Program-made: the position numbers and the translations under genes
Notes under the pieces: model-generated
The model's input: only the letters and a program-made list of their open reading frames with translations
Database searches by the model: none
What the model was told of the DNA's origin: nothing
Part shown: positions 10,836 to 20,206 of the stretch, one piece after another
Layout of the letters: each line of letters begins with the position of its first letter
Numbering within the stretch: position 1 is the stretch's first letter
DNA from: Cyanobacteria bacterium auto_48_18
Lineage (GTDB): Bacteria > Cyanobacteriota > Vampirovibrionia > Obscuribacterales > Obscuribacteraceae
Assembly: GCA_036170915.1 (NCBI GenBank)
Contig: JAVHQC010000011.1
Span: 1-64,000 of the forward strand
Direction of reading: 5' to 3'
Length of the DNA stretch: 64,000 nt

Positions 10836-11609
10836 ATGGAGCAGTCCGCACATAAAGCGTCCTTCTGGTCACAGTTTGGCTTGGCTGTCTTTACAGTCTA
10901 CTTCTTCACTTCGGCGATTCTGCTCTACTTGAGCTCCCTTGTTCTTCTGCCTTACTGTTTCTTCTTCGATAAGAACAGACGCCTGCTTTCCTATCTGGCT
11001 TGCGTCTGGGGCTATCATTTTGTCAGGCTTAATCCAGGCTGGCGCTGTCATTTTGAAGGCATGGCCAATTTCAGCCCCGACCAGACTTACATAATTGTTG
11101 CCAACCACCAGTCGATTGTGGACGTTTTTGTTCTGTCTGGGCTGGGTCGATCATTTAAGTGGGTGTCGAAAGAGTCACTCTTCAAGCTGCCATTTTTCGG
11201 TTGGAACATGTATCTCAAAAAAGACATTGCTATTCAGCGTGGTGACATGAGCAGCATCAAGGCCATGCTGAGCTCGTGTAGTGAATGGTTGAAGAAGGGA
11301 GAGACAATTTTGATGTTCCCTGAGGGCACGCGTTCTGAAACCGGAGAAATGATTCCCTTCCGCGATGGCAGTTTTCGCCTAGCGGTGCAGAATAATGTAC
11401 CGATACTACCAGTGGTGCTAAATGGCACACGCGAAATTTTGCCGAAAGAAGCCCGTCAACTCAAATTGTCTGGAGACATGCATATAAAGTTTCTACCGCC
11501 GATTTATCCAGAGCAATGCAACAACAGTGCCCCTGAACTAAAGCGCCATGTGCATAGTCTTATGAAAGAAACGCTGGCTGATATGAGGCTACCGGCGACA
11601 GAGCTGTAG
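10836..11609 (+). CDS. plsC: 1-acyl-sn-glycerol-3-phosphate acyltransferase (PlsC family)
   Basis: NHQSIVD and FPEGTRS acyltransferase motifs. Confidence 0.85.
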   Translation: MEQSAHKASFWSQFGLAVFTVYFFTSAILLYLSSLVLLPYCFFFDKNRRLLSYLACVWGYHFVRLNPGWRCHFEGMANFSPDQTYIIVANHQSIVDVFVLSGLGRSFKWVSKESLFKLPFFGWNMYLKKDIAIQRGDMSSIKAMLSSCSEWLKKGETILMFPEGTRSETGEMIPFRDGSFRLAVQNNVPILPVVLNGTREILPKEARQLKLSGDMHIKFLPPIYPEQCNNSAPELKRHVHSLMKETLADMRLPATEL

Positions 11610-11622
11610 GTTTTTCAAAGTT

Positions 11623-12141
11623 CTAAGATTTTCTCGTTGTTTTTTTAGCGGCTGCTTTAGTGCCTTCAACTCGCTTGGATGCTTTTCCTAAGAACAAATC
11701 TGCGCTCACACAGAATCTTTCAGCAAGTAGCAAAATATGCGCTTTGCTCAAATCGCGATTTTCATTCCAGATTTCGCTGGCGCGGCCGGGAGTCACGCTC
11801 AGTAATTTTGCAAGCTCCCCGGACTTCATATGATTGGCTTCAAACAGACTTCTTAGGTGCTGTATGGGCGTGAAGTTACCTGGTCTCGTATGGTGCTGCT
11901 GTTCATAACGATGAATCAAAGTGCTCAGAACATCGAGGTAATCTTGTTCGTCGTCATTAAGCCCTTCAATATTTCCATATAGATCTGTCGCCACCAAAAT
12001 GGCTTCATCTAACTGTTGCTCCGATTTGATCGGCCGCAACGGCAGCCGCTCAATCAGATCTCCATAGCTTCCCATGCTTATCACCTTGTTCCGTGAGTCA
12101 CTTGTTGAATAATCAAAAATTCTCTTTGTTATACTCCTCAT
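11623..12141 (-). CDS. higA: HigA antitoxin (true start probably ~50-65 nt downstream)
   Basis: LPLRPIKSEQQLDEA, DYLDVLSTLIHRYE and an HTH. Lies directly downstream of higB. Confidence 0.85.
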   Translation of the reverse strand: MRSITKRIFDYSTSDSRNKVISMGSYGDLIERLPLRPIKSEQQLDEAILVATDLYGNIEGLNDDEQDYLDVLSTLIHRYEQQHHTRPGNFTPIQHLRSLFEANHMKSGELAKLLSVTPGRASEIWNENRDLSKAHILLLAERFCVSADLFLGKASKRVEGTKAAAKKTTRKS

Positions 12142-12397
12142 GTGTCATCACTTTTAAAACGAATACTCTTTGCTGCTGTATCCAAACCATGGCTGCAAGC
12201 CTAAACTTATTGCCACCAATATCGAAAATCCATTTTTGGTTTCCCAAATGATCAGCATTTTTAAAAGTAGCCAGAACGTCATTTGAGTTTGTCCACTTAG
12301 CCGCCTTAGTTTGGTCGACCCAGAACTGTAAAGGGCTCTCCGAAAACGCATTTGCTTCAGCAAACTGCCACACTACCCGTTCGTTTAATACTTCCAA
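12113..12397 (-). CDS. higB: HigB mRNA interferase toxin
   Basis: W..AKW, IFDIGGNKFRL and C-terminal THEEYNK match the HigB (RelE-like) family. Confidence 0.9.
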   Translation of the reverse strand: MEVLNERVVWQFAEANAFSESPLQFWVDQTKAAKWTNSNDVLATFKNADHLGNQKWIFDIGGNKFRLAAMVWIQQQRVFVLKVMTHEEYNKENF

Positions 12398-12430
12398 TTA
12401 CTGTGCCTGTCCTTATCTATATAATTATAG

Positions 12431-12473
12431 TCCCGTATTGGGATTCTGAGCGAAGTATAGTCCCAAAATGGGA
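12431..12473. promoter_or_regulatory. Two TCCC-N5-GGGA operator boxes upstream of higBA
   Basis: TCCCGTATTGGGA (12431-12443) and TCCCAAAATGGGA (12461-12473), 30 bp apart, each preceded by TATAG. A minus-strand TATAAT is adjacent. Confidence 0.7.
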
Positions 12474-12708
12474 TAATTTAATCTCTCAATCCAAGACTTG
12501 TTCTCGATTTACAGCAAAGATTCTCGGCCCGCTGCAAGAGTGCTGTCCAGCAATGAGGGTGTGAATAATAAGCATGGTATTGCTCGTGAAGGCGTATGAA
12601 CACTCCACTTATTTTCACAGACTCAGGCGATTAGAGATCTTCTTTGGGCGTCCTTCTCGAACGTCTCATCTGTCTTGGTCAGTTTTGGACTATATATAGC
12701 CCCCAGCC

Positions 12709-13728
12709 CTAACCACCCATCAACTTTCTAATTCCATCAATCCAAGTATCGCGTTCAGGTTTTTGCTTGGCGGCATAAGCGCTGCGTGGAAGTTTTTCCC
12801 AGGTGAGTGCGTCCACTTGATGCTTTTCTGTGATCTGTGTTTCGTGTCTAAGATGCTGAACATCTTTTTGAAGATGCACTAAATCTTGATAGCGTTTCTC
12901 TGGGTCTGAGCGCAGGCACTTCCTTAAAATGCGCTCCAGCTCTCCGCCTGCAAGGTCAGGTCGCGACTCAGCAAGCGGCACTAACTTATCAGCCGCCTTA
13001 TTGTTAAAGACGTCGATAACCGAAGTACCGTCAAAAGGTAAGCGACCTGCCACCATTTCATAAAGCACAATACCAAAGTTGTACACGTCAGATCGTTTAT
13101 CGACCTTGTTGTCTTCAGCCTGCTCTGGGCTCATGTAGTGAACAATGGCTCCCTCTGCCAGTAAGGTTTGCGATTGAAGATGGGCAGCGCGAGGATGTAC
13201 CACCGAGTCGAGATCAATCAGTTTCATTTTCGACAAGCGCTCACCATCGAGCACCATAATGTCTGACGGTTTGAAGTTAGCGTGAACGATGCCGACGCTG
13301 TGCAAGTGAATTAGTGCGTCGAGCAATTGCAGGCTGAGATCGAGCACCTTATCGAGCGGTATGCTGTGAAAGTCTCTCAGTATTTTTTTCAGTGTGCACC
13401 CTTCAAGAAGGTCCATGACGAGGAACCCCTCACCGTCTTCACTTTCACCATAATCATGCACTTTGACAAAGCAGGGATGATTAACATCCATGAGCGCTAG
13501 CCCTTCTTTCGCCAGCAACTCTTGGCCGGTGTCGGTGTTGCTGTGAGCACGCAATATCTTAATTGCCACCATGGAATTGCCAGGGTATACCTTCGCTGAG
13601 TAGACCCTGGCTGAAGAGCCGGAGCCGACCATTTTTTGAATCAGATACTTTCCGGCAATGCGCTTGTTTAGATGTGGTGGCGCACATGCTACATCGTTCA
13701 GGTCTTGCTGTTCATAAGCGTCAAACAT
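12709..13728 (-). CDS. Hanks-type Ser/Thr kinase homologue, probable pseudokinase
   Basis: Gly loop, VAIK, YMSPEQ and SDVYNFG are present, but HRD reads HAN and DFG reads DLD. Confidence 0.8.
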   Translation of the reverse strand: MFDAYEQQDLNDVACAPPHLNKRIAGKYLIQKMVGSGSSARVYSAKVYPGNSMVAIKILRAHSNTDTGQELLAKEGLALMDVNHPCFVKVHDYGESEDGEGFLVMDLLEGCTLKKILRDFHSIPLDKVLDLSLQLLDALIHLHSVGIVHANFKPSDIMVLDGERLSKMKLIDLDSVVHPRAAHLQSQTLLAEGAIVHYMSPEQAEDNKVDKRSDVYNFGIVLYEMVAGRLPFDGTSVIDVFNNKAADKLVPLAESRPDLAGGELERILRKCLRSDPEKRYQDLVHLQKDVQHLRHETQITEKHQVDALTWEKLPRSAYAAKQKPERDTWIDGIRKLMGG

Positions 13729-13747
13729 TCTTACTCACCTATGCTCT

Positions 13748-14221
13748 TTATCCGCGCACTGCAGCCTCTATTTTAGCAACATCAATTTTACCCATTTCCA
13801 TCATCGCAGCGAATGCCCTCCTCGCTACATCGCCGCCTTTGGCCATCGCCTCTACCAGGACGCGAGGAGTGATTTGCCACGACAATCCCCATCTATCTTT
13901 GCACCAACCGCATGCGCTCTCAGATCCACCATTTCCTACAATTGCATTCCAGTAACGGTCGGTCTCTTCTTGATCATCTGTGGAAATTTGAAACGAGAAC
14001 GCTTCGTCGTGCTTGAATGCGTCTCCGCCGTTGAGACCCATACATGCCACACCGCAAACTGTGAACTCGACTGTGAGCACGTCACCTTCCTTGCCGCCCG
14101 GATAGTCGGAAGGTGCTCGGTGCACAGCCCCTACCTTACTATCTGGAAATGTTTGGCAGTAGAACTGCGCTGCCTCTTCGGCGTCGTGGTTGTACCAAAG
14201 GCAAATTGTGTTCTTGTTCAT
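13748..14221 (-). CDS. VOC family protein (PhnB / 3-demethylubiquinone-9 3-methyltransferase-like)
   Basis: MNKNTICLWY, LNGG, SFQI and CGWCKDRWGLSWQI. Start moved to the ATG at 14221. Confidence 0.9.
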   Translation of the reverse strand: MNKNTICLWYNHDAEEAAQFYCQTFPDSKVGAVHRAPSDYPGGKEGDVLTVEFTVCGVACMGLNGGDAFKHDEAFSFQISTDDQEETDRYWNAIVGNGGSESACGWCKDRWGLSWQITPRVLVEAMAKGGDVARRAFAAMMEMGKIDVAKIEAAVRG

Positions 14222-14366
14222 ACTAAGACCCCTGTCACCGCTTGGCAGTATCGCTAAGAATGATTGTTCCAGCCCAGTTCCTCTTTTAACCCTTGCTAAG
14301 GAATAATGAATATCCAAGCATTGTCAACGTGCTGCTGATAGCTTGGTAGAGGTAATCCTTAGTTGA

Positions 14367-15116
14367 TTGGCCTTCAAGGTGAAAGCAATGGACAAAAAAC
14401 CATATTCGCAGTCTTACAAAAACAATACTGAGACGACGCAGGCAGCAAAGCGTGGTGGGCTTGGATTTTCTGAGTTTGATGCTCAGGCTCTCACTCAGGG
14501 CACATTGGTCAGCAAGGTGGCTTTGCTCACAAGCGTTTCCTTTATGTTTCTTGCGGCGGGTTCATTCTTTGGCATTAAGATTGAGCCCAATATGTTTCTC
14601 TACATCGCCACAATAGCCATAACTTTCGGTGGCTTATTCTTTCTCCCCAGAGTCAATTCTCCGGTTTCTTCTATGGTCGGCCTGGCCCTTTGGAATTCAG
14701 TATTTGGAGTGCTGGTTGGTTTTGGTTTACAAGGCTACATTGAAACGATTGGCGCAAATACAGTCGCTGTCTGCCTTGCTGGTACTGCTGGAGCTATGGC
14801 AATCGTCGGATCTATCGGCGCATTCTCCGGCGTAGACTTCAGGCCCATGCAGCGATTTCTCATGTTTGCCCTGTTTGGTTTGATTCTTGTTGGTCTCAGC
14901 CAGTTCTTTATTCATTTTGCGGCTGGAGTCAACATTGCCTATGCAGTAGGCGGCCTGGTTGTCTTTACCGGCTTCTTCTTGGTCGACTTTTGCCGTCTGG
15001 CTAAGTCAACTGATAACAGCTGGCCTGAGGCCACCAACATTGCTCTCAGCATTGTTCTCGATTACGTCAACTTCGCCTTCTACCTTATGCGCCTCGTGAG
15101 AGAGCTCAAGAAATAA
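14367..15116 (+). CDS. Bax inhibitor-1/YccA family membrane protein
   Basis: About seven hydrophobic segments and C-terminal ALSIVLDYVNF. Confidence 0.8.
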   Translation: MAFKVKAMDKKPYSQSYKNNTETTQAAKRGGLGFSEFDAQALTQGTLVSKVALLTSVSFMFLAAGSFFGIKIEPNMFLYIATIAITFGGLFFLPRVNSPVSSMVGLALWNSVFGVLVGFGLQGYIETIGANTVAVCLAGTAGAMAIVGSIGAFSGVDFRPMQRFLMFALFGLILVGLSQFFIHFAAGVNIAYAVGGLVVFTGFFLVDFCRLAKSTDNSWPEATNIALSIVLDYVNFAFYLMRLVRELKK

Positions 15117-15149
15117 GGCGCCTCTTTTGTGAACACAGGCGGTATCTAG

Positions 15150-15950
15150 TTAAGTTTGGCCTTTGATCTCTAGCTTGTTAATCAGCCATTTTTTCACGCG
15201 CGGAAAATACTTGTAGAGGTTGTCGGTGTTCTCATTGCGACCGCCCATCATCGAGCCAAACATTTCCGCGCATGTCTCGCGAGCTCCCCAATCATCGGGT
15301 TTAGTGAACTCTGCAACTTTGGCCCGCGCTTCCTCTGGAATTTCCCTTTTGTCCGCTTCGTATTCTTTGCGCAATTCAGGGTCTTTAGATAGTGTCATAG
15401 CGTCACCATCAACCACCTGGAAGCACATATCTCCAACTTGGAGCTGTATGTAAGCGGGTGCGCGCGCCGGACCCAAGTCGGTTGTGCCGCGCTTTTTCGG
15501 GCGCTCGTATACGCACATATCAGCGTTACCGTAAATGCGACCAGGTTGTTCCGCTAGAGTTGGTCGCGGATCATTTTCATTCAAATCCTTCACACTATCT
15601 GGCCATCTATCAATCATGTTTGGTGAGATGATGACGCGTGCTTCGCTTTGATCTAGCTTTGTGCGAACAGGCGCCGGCAGCGCCAGAATTGCATTTTTTA
15701 CTGCTTGAATGCTCTCTTCACTCACAGCCGGGTGTTGAAAAGCCGGAGGATTGACGACCATGCGACTCAAAAGAGTGGTGTTATTCGTTTGAGTGGATAC
15801 ACCAGCAGGGCCTATAACACTGCTTGGAACAGTCGACGTCGGCTCAGTTCGCGGAACTTCATCGATACAGCCGGTGAGAGCACCACAGGTAATGCTAAAC
15901 GTCAGAGCAATTCTTGCAAGTTGCGCAGTCCGTTTTTCTTTAATTTGCAT
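15150..15950 (-). CDS. Lipoprotein with degenerate zincin (ATLF-like) domain
   Basis: LTGC lipobox. ARETCAEMF and YKYFPR resemble the ATLF/Pro-Pro peptidase C-terminus, but there is no HExxH. Confidence 0.5.
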   Translation of the reverse strand: MQIKEKRTAQLARIALTFSITCGALTGCIDEVPRTEPTSTVPSSVIGPAGVSTQTNNTTLLSRMVVNPPAFQHPAVSEESIQAVKNAILALPAPVRTKLDQSEARVIISPNMIDRWPDSVKDLNENDPRPTLAEQPGRIYGNADMCVYERPKKRGTTDLGPARAPAYIQLQVGDMCFQVVDGDAMTLSKDPELRKEYEADKREIPEEARAKVAEFTKPDDWGARETCAEMFGSMMGGRNENTDNLYKYFPRVKKWLINKLEIKGQT

Positions 15951-15960
15951 TTGAAGTCTC
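15932..15960. repeat. 29-bp direct repeat, copy 1 (partner at 17219-17247)
   Basis: gtttttctttaatttgcatttgaagtctc versus gtttttctctaatttgcatttgaagcctc, 27/29 identical. Confidence 0.8.
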
Positions 15961-16079
15961 CGAAAAAATCTCAGCGAGCCGATGTACATGATATAAAATT
16001 TTTGCCGTAATGGGCAAAGTAATGTTCAACCCCCAGGTTATTCATTTAAAAATGAGAACTACTGACATCGGCGCGTTGC

Positions 16080-17237
16080 CTATTCAGGAAGCAAGCGAAT
16101 ATTGCGAATCAGCAACTTGTCGATGGGTCCTGGCCAAGATTCTACGCAGAAAAGACCCGGTCGGATAGGAATAATGCTGGTCTTGCTGAAAGGCTCTCCT
16201 GGCCTGCTTATTAGACAATCATAGATGACACTTTTCTTGAGATTGTTTTTGACATTCAGTAGGGTCATTTTTAATTCTGGATCAAATGAAGCAGAGAAAT
16301 CGAGTAACTCAGCTTTGGGGTTCGCTGCGTCACCGGCAATCGTACTTCTTTCAAGATGCACAAGCTTTTGATCGATCACATCAAATTTGATTGAAAATTT
16401 GTCGCCTGGTGCCAGTACCAAAACACCAGCTTCATTTAGTTTATTTACATCCAGCAAAGACAGCAACTTGTCTTGGGCAGGGTGCGATCCTAAAGCAGCA
16501 GCTTTTTGATACCACTTTAGCGCTTCGTCTTTGTCGACCGGCACACCGATGCCACTTTCATACAATTCGCCTATGCCGTATATGCCAATAGATGACTTTT
16601 GCTCAGCTGCCTTCTGAAACCACTTCATAGCTTGTTGTCCGTCTTGAACTACTCCGTGACCTCTTCTGTATTTGCCGGCCATGTTTTCTTGGGCTGACAC
16701 ATCGCCCTGTACCGCCGCTTTCTCGCACCACTGTGCTGCCAATTGAGCATCTTCAGGCACCCCACGACCGCGAGAGTACATAACAGAAAGATTGTTTTGA
16801 GCTTTGGCGTGTCCTTGCTCCGCTGCTTTGCGCCACCACTTTACGGCCTCCAGATCATTTCGCCCAGTGCCTCTGCCTGAAGCGTATGCCATACCCAAAT
16901 TGTTTTGCGCTTTGACATCACCTTGTAGAGCCGCTTTTGTGTACAAGTCAAAGGCCGCTTCGTTTTCACCGGAGGCAAATTTCAGATCGCCCAACACATT
17001 CTGCGCTGCCGCTACATTTCGCTGCGCCAAAGGAGTGACAAGATCTTGGGCCTTAGAATAATCGTTATCTGCTATAGCAGCTCTAGCCTGTTCGACAATT
17101 TTGGTATCATCGTCTGTAGCCAACGTTGGCGATACGCTATAAAGTTGAATCGCAGCGAGCAGAATTACAAGCCTGATGCTTGTTTTAATCGTGGGGCAAT
17201 TTGCACGTTGTGCCATGGGTTTTTCTCTAATTTGCAT
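16080..17237 (-). CDS. Secreted SEL1-like repeat protein
   Basis: Repeated AQNNLG..Y..G.G....A.KW..KAAEQG units and a signal peptide. Confidence 0.9.
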   Translation of the reverse strand: MQIREKPMAQRANCPTIKTSIRLVILLAAIQLYSVSPTLATDDDTKIVEQARAAIADNDYSKAQDLVTPLAQRNVAAAQNVLGDLKFASGENEAAFDLYTKAALQGDVKAQNNLGMAYASGRGTGRNDLEAVKWWRKAAEQGHAKAQNNLSVMYSRGRGVPEDAQLAAQWCEKAAVQGDVSAQENMAGKYRRGHGVVQDGQQAMKWFQKAAEQKSSIGIYGIGELYESGIGVPVDKDEALKWYQKAAALGSHPAQDKLLSLLDVNKLNEAGVLVLAPGDKFSIKFDVIDQKLVHLERSTIAGDAANPKAELLDFSASFDPELKMTLLNVKNNLKKSVIYDCLISRPGEPFSKTSIIPIRPGLFCVESWPGPIDKLLIRNIRLLPE

Positions 17238-17247
17238 TTGAAGCCTC
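17219..17247. repeat. 29-bp direct repeat, copy 2
   Basis: Matches 15932-15960. Spans the esterase stop / SEL1 start junction. Confidence 0.8.
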
Positions 17248-18000
17248 TGCAGTCAGTTTAGAGTTTGTGCGCAGGTACAACAAAAGCATTTGCTTCCAGT
17301 ATGGCCAATCATGAGCGAATCCATCCCATGTGATGAAATCGTGAGGCAACTGTTTTTCTGTCATCGCTTCCGCCAAAAGTCTGTTGCCTTCGTACAGCGG
17401 GTCCGTCTGTCCAATTGGAAAAATTAGTTCCACGCAAGCAAGTTTTTCGATCTGTGCCTCAGGTAGCGATTTGAGTAAAAGTACCGGATTGCTTTGCACA
17501 ACGTTGTCGTCGCTGTAGTGATGAATCCAATCAAACACATTGTATGGCGCACTCATCTGCGCGAAATCATAAGGGCCGCTCATGGCGAGGCATTTATTGA
17601 AGCTTTGAGGGAATCTCAACGTCAGATTCATGGCGTGATATGCACCCATGCTGGCGCCGAGGGCGATGACATAGTCATTGTCGTTGAGCTTTTTCGAGAA
17701 TGGCAATACTTCTTTGATGATGTAGTCGTGATACTGAAGATGACGCTTGACTCTTTCTTCTGGTTGCACTTCCATGTTCCACCAGCTTTCGGCATCGACA
17801 CCATCGACACAGAAGACTTGAAGTTCACCTTGCTCGATTTGAGGCCTGAGGGTTTCGATCATTTCGCGATTTTCCCAGTCGTAAAATCGCCCGCAGGAGG
17901 TGGGAAAAACAATCGCTCTAGCACCGGAGTGGCCGAAAACAAGCAACTCCATGTCACGATCGAGATTGGGGCTGTGCCTTTTGTAATATTCTCTGTTCAT
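17227..18000 (-). CDS. Putative esterase (alpha/beta hydrolase)
   Basis: GASMG nucleophile elbow and C-terminal HDWPYW. Confidence 0.9.
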   Translation of the reverse strand: MNREYYKRHSPNLDRDMELLVFGHSGARAIVFPTSCGRFYDWENREMIETLRPQIEQGELQVFCVDGVDAESWWNMEVQPEERVKRHLQYHDYIIKEVLPFSKKLNDNDYVIALGASMGAYHAMNLTLRFPQSFNKCLAMSGPYDFAQMSAPYNVFDWIHHYSDDNVVQSNPVLLLKSLPEAQIEKLACVELIFPIGQTDPLYEGNRLLAEAMTEKQLPHDFITWDGFAHDWPYWKQMLLLYLRTNSKLTAEASNAN

Positions 18001-18111
18001 CTTTGTGGTTCTTCTCTGCTGCCAGCAAATAGTTACGCCTGCTGATTGTACCTTCTTTTTTTGGCCGTCTCAGTCAAAGTGCAGGTACACTAGGTAAAAG
18101 GAGGAGCAAAA

Positions 18112-18564
18112 CTGTCTCTAAAATTTAAAACCTCAATTGTTATTGTTCTACCAGTGGCCATACTGGTCTACTTTGCTTTTTTTAACTTCCCTCCAGACCA
18201 CAGAAGCCGGCTAACTGAGACCATGGAAGGAATAAATCACGCATTTCGGCAAAATAGGGAGCCAACTTTAGAAGAGAGAAAAGTTGGAATGTCTGCTTTC
18301 AAAAAGTGGAAGTCATTAAGTCGCAAAGAAAAAAATATTTTGGCCAGCGATATCGTACTGAGTAAAGTGTTGATTGGCCTGACTCAGAAAGAAATTGTAG
18401 TCTATATGGGTCCTCCCGACGCCTTTGGCGCTCTGCACGATATTAATCCACAAATTGTAGAAACTGGATACAACGTCATGGATGGAGAGAGCCAATGTGA
18501 CCTTATGATTATGCTAAAAAATAATGGAAAAGCGTCGGATGTTTATCTCGACGTAAATTATTGA
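18112..18564 (+). CDS. Membrane-anchored hypothetical protein (probable CTG start)
   Basis: AGGAGG at 18099-18104 lies 7 nt before an in-frame CTG. The track start is the GTG at 18154. Contains a LIGLT..EI...MGPPD SmpA/OmlA-like motif. Confidence 0.55.
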   Translation: MSLKFKTSIVIVLPVAILVYFAFFNFPPDHRSRLTETMEGINHAFRQNREPTLEERKVGMSAFKKWKSLSRKEKNILASDIVLSKVLIGLTQKEIVVYMGPPDAFGALHDINPQIVETGYNVMDGESQCDLMIMLKNNGKASDVYLDVNY

Positions 18565-18660
18565 TAGGCTATTTGAACGCTAAAGTATTCTGCCTTTGAC
18601 TCTAAAAATAAGCAAGATCCACTTCAAACAGAGTGAACAGTCGATGATGCATCTCGAACA

Positions 18661-19641
18661 ATGAAATTTGACAAATCAAAACTCGCACTTTTTATAACCC
18701 TGGTGCTGTCAGCCGGCCAATGCCTGGCGGCACCCGATAAAAAGTTGTCTCCGACGCCGCATTCACAAAAGAGAACTCTGCATTTTCCCGATACGTCTCT
18801 GGGCTTTATACGCGTTACGCCTCGTGATAAAGGGTCTGAAAATAACTCGCCGTGTGTTGCAGCTGCACGAGGCAAGGTCGTAGTAGACGTTCCTCCAGGC
18901 CACATAGTCGCTCTTGATTTGAAGGGCAGAGTGTTTCAAAACCTCGCTCTGCTCGATTTAATAAAAGATCAACCTATTGAATGCGTACGCGCTAGCTTTG
19001 TTTCGATGGATGACAGCGAGATGGCCACAACTGACAAGGCACTAGCTCATATTTGTCAAATGCGAAAACTCGAAGAAATAAATGTTGATCGCTCAGACGC
19101 AACTGATGCCGGACTGAAACTTATCCGCAATATGCCTGAGCTGCGCATAATATCGATCTTTATGTGTGAATCAACAGGTGCCAGTCTTAAAGAGTTTGCC
19201 ACATGCCCTAATTTGCGACAGCTTCATCTGTGGAGTTCTGGTCTTCATGAGGGTAACCTCCAATATTTATCGGGTTTGAAGCGACTTGAGTTTTTAAATG
19301 TAAGTGCCACAAGATTGACCAATAGTGGTCTTAAATTGATTTCCAGGTGTATTAATTTGAGAACCCTGCGCGCCTTCGATAACCCAATTGATGATGGCTG
19401 CATAGACGATATAAGAAAGCTTAAGTATCTAGACTATCTCGACTTGGCCGGCACTAAAGTCACCCTATCTGGTATCAAGCGCCTTCAGGGTCTGCCTCTC
19501 AAAAGACTTGTGTTACCTGCTTCAGTAGGTGCGGTGCACGACCGAGAGCTTTCAAGACTTTTTCCTGGAAGCGTTTTTCAGCACCATGCGCCGAAAAAAG
19601 TAACTCAGGATGATATGGTAATTTTCGCGCCCACTCACTAG
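18661..19641 (+). CDS. Secreted leucine-rich-repeat protein
   Basis: Signal peptide and LxxLxxLxLxxTxxTxxGL repeats. Confidence 0.85.
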   Translation: MKFDKSKLALFITLVLSAGQCLAAPDKKLSPTPHSQKRTLHFPDTSLGFIRVTPRDKGSENNSPCVAAARGKVVVDVPPGHIVALDLKGRVFQNLALLDLIKDQPIECVRASFVSMDDSEMATTDKALAHICQMRKLEEINVDRSDATDAGLKLIRNMPELRIISIFMCESTGASLKEFATCPNLRQLHLWSSGLHEGNLQYLSGLKRLEFLNVSATRLTNSGLKLISRCINLRTLRAFDNPIDDGCIDDIRKLKYLDYLDLAGTKVTLSGIKRLQGLPLKRLVLPASVGAVHDRELSRLFPGSVFQHHAPKKVTQDDMVIFAPTH

Positions 19642-19663
19642 CTTCTTTAGCCTTTTCTGAGCA

Positions 19664-19705
19664 TCAATCCAATGGTTGAGTTTGACTTTTCATACCGAAG
19701 GTCGA
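19664..19705. promoter_or_regulatory. Two 7-2-7 inverted-repeat boxes (putative NarL-family sites)
   Basis: TCAATCC-AA-TGGTTGA (19664-19679) and TCATACC-GA-AGGTCGA (19690-19705). Confidence 0.55.
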
Positions 19706-19760
19706 TTCATATTGACGTTCGTAGCGACATACTCTTCAGTAGTGTTCTAGGGGAAGAATA

Positions 19761-20201
19761 ATGTTGCACAAGAAACTCAGGCTTATTGGTTATATTCGCT
19801 GTGGTGGCACTGATTTCGGTTCAGCGCAGCAGCGCAGAATGATTCAAAAATTCTGTGATGATCACGGCCATACTCTAGTGGGTTTCAGTGAGACTGACGG
19901 CAGTGTACCTGGTTATGGTTTGCATGAAGCTATTGACGCACTGGGAGCTAACGACGGCATAATCGCCATCGATCTCGACAGGTTTGTCCGGCACCACGAT
20001 GACCGATTACTTGACCTGCGGCCCTTGATTGAGAATATGCTGCACAATGGCAAAGTGTTAATCACATTACTGGATGGTATCGAAACTCTAACAGCGAGGG
20101 GTCAGCAGGTTACTCTTGATCTCTTAAACTCTTGGTCTGAAAGAGCAGGCGTGATAATGTCTCCAACTTTGGAAGGCCATCGTTCGGAGCAGGCCAATTA
20201 A
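19761..20201 (+). CDS. Resolvase N-terminal-domain protein lacking the catalytic Ser and the DNA-binding domain
   Basis: IGYIRCG in place of YARVS, followed by QQRRMIQKFC and DLDRFVR. Only 146 aa. Confidence 0.6.
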   Translation: MLHKKLRLIGYIRCGGTDFGSAQQRRMIQKFCDDHGHTLVGFSETDGSVPGYGLHEAIDALGANDGIIAIDLDRFVRHHDDRLLDLRPLIENMLHNGKVLITLLDGIETLTARGQQVTLDLLNSWSERAGVIMSPTLEGHRSEQAN

Positions 20202-20206
20202 CAACA

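Noticed and set aside
16480..16960. Periodic ~108-bp similarity
   Set aside because: Explained by SEL1 protein repeats.
19761..20201. Active transposon or integrative element
   Set aside because: No catalytic Ser, transposase, terminal repeats or att sites were seen.
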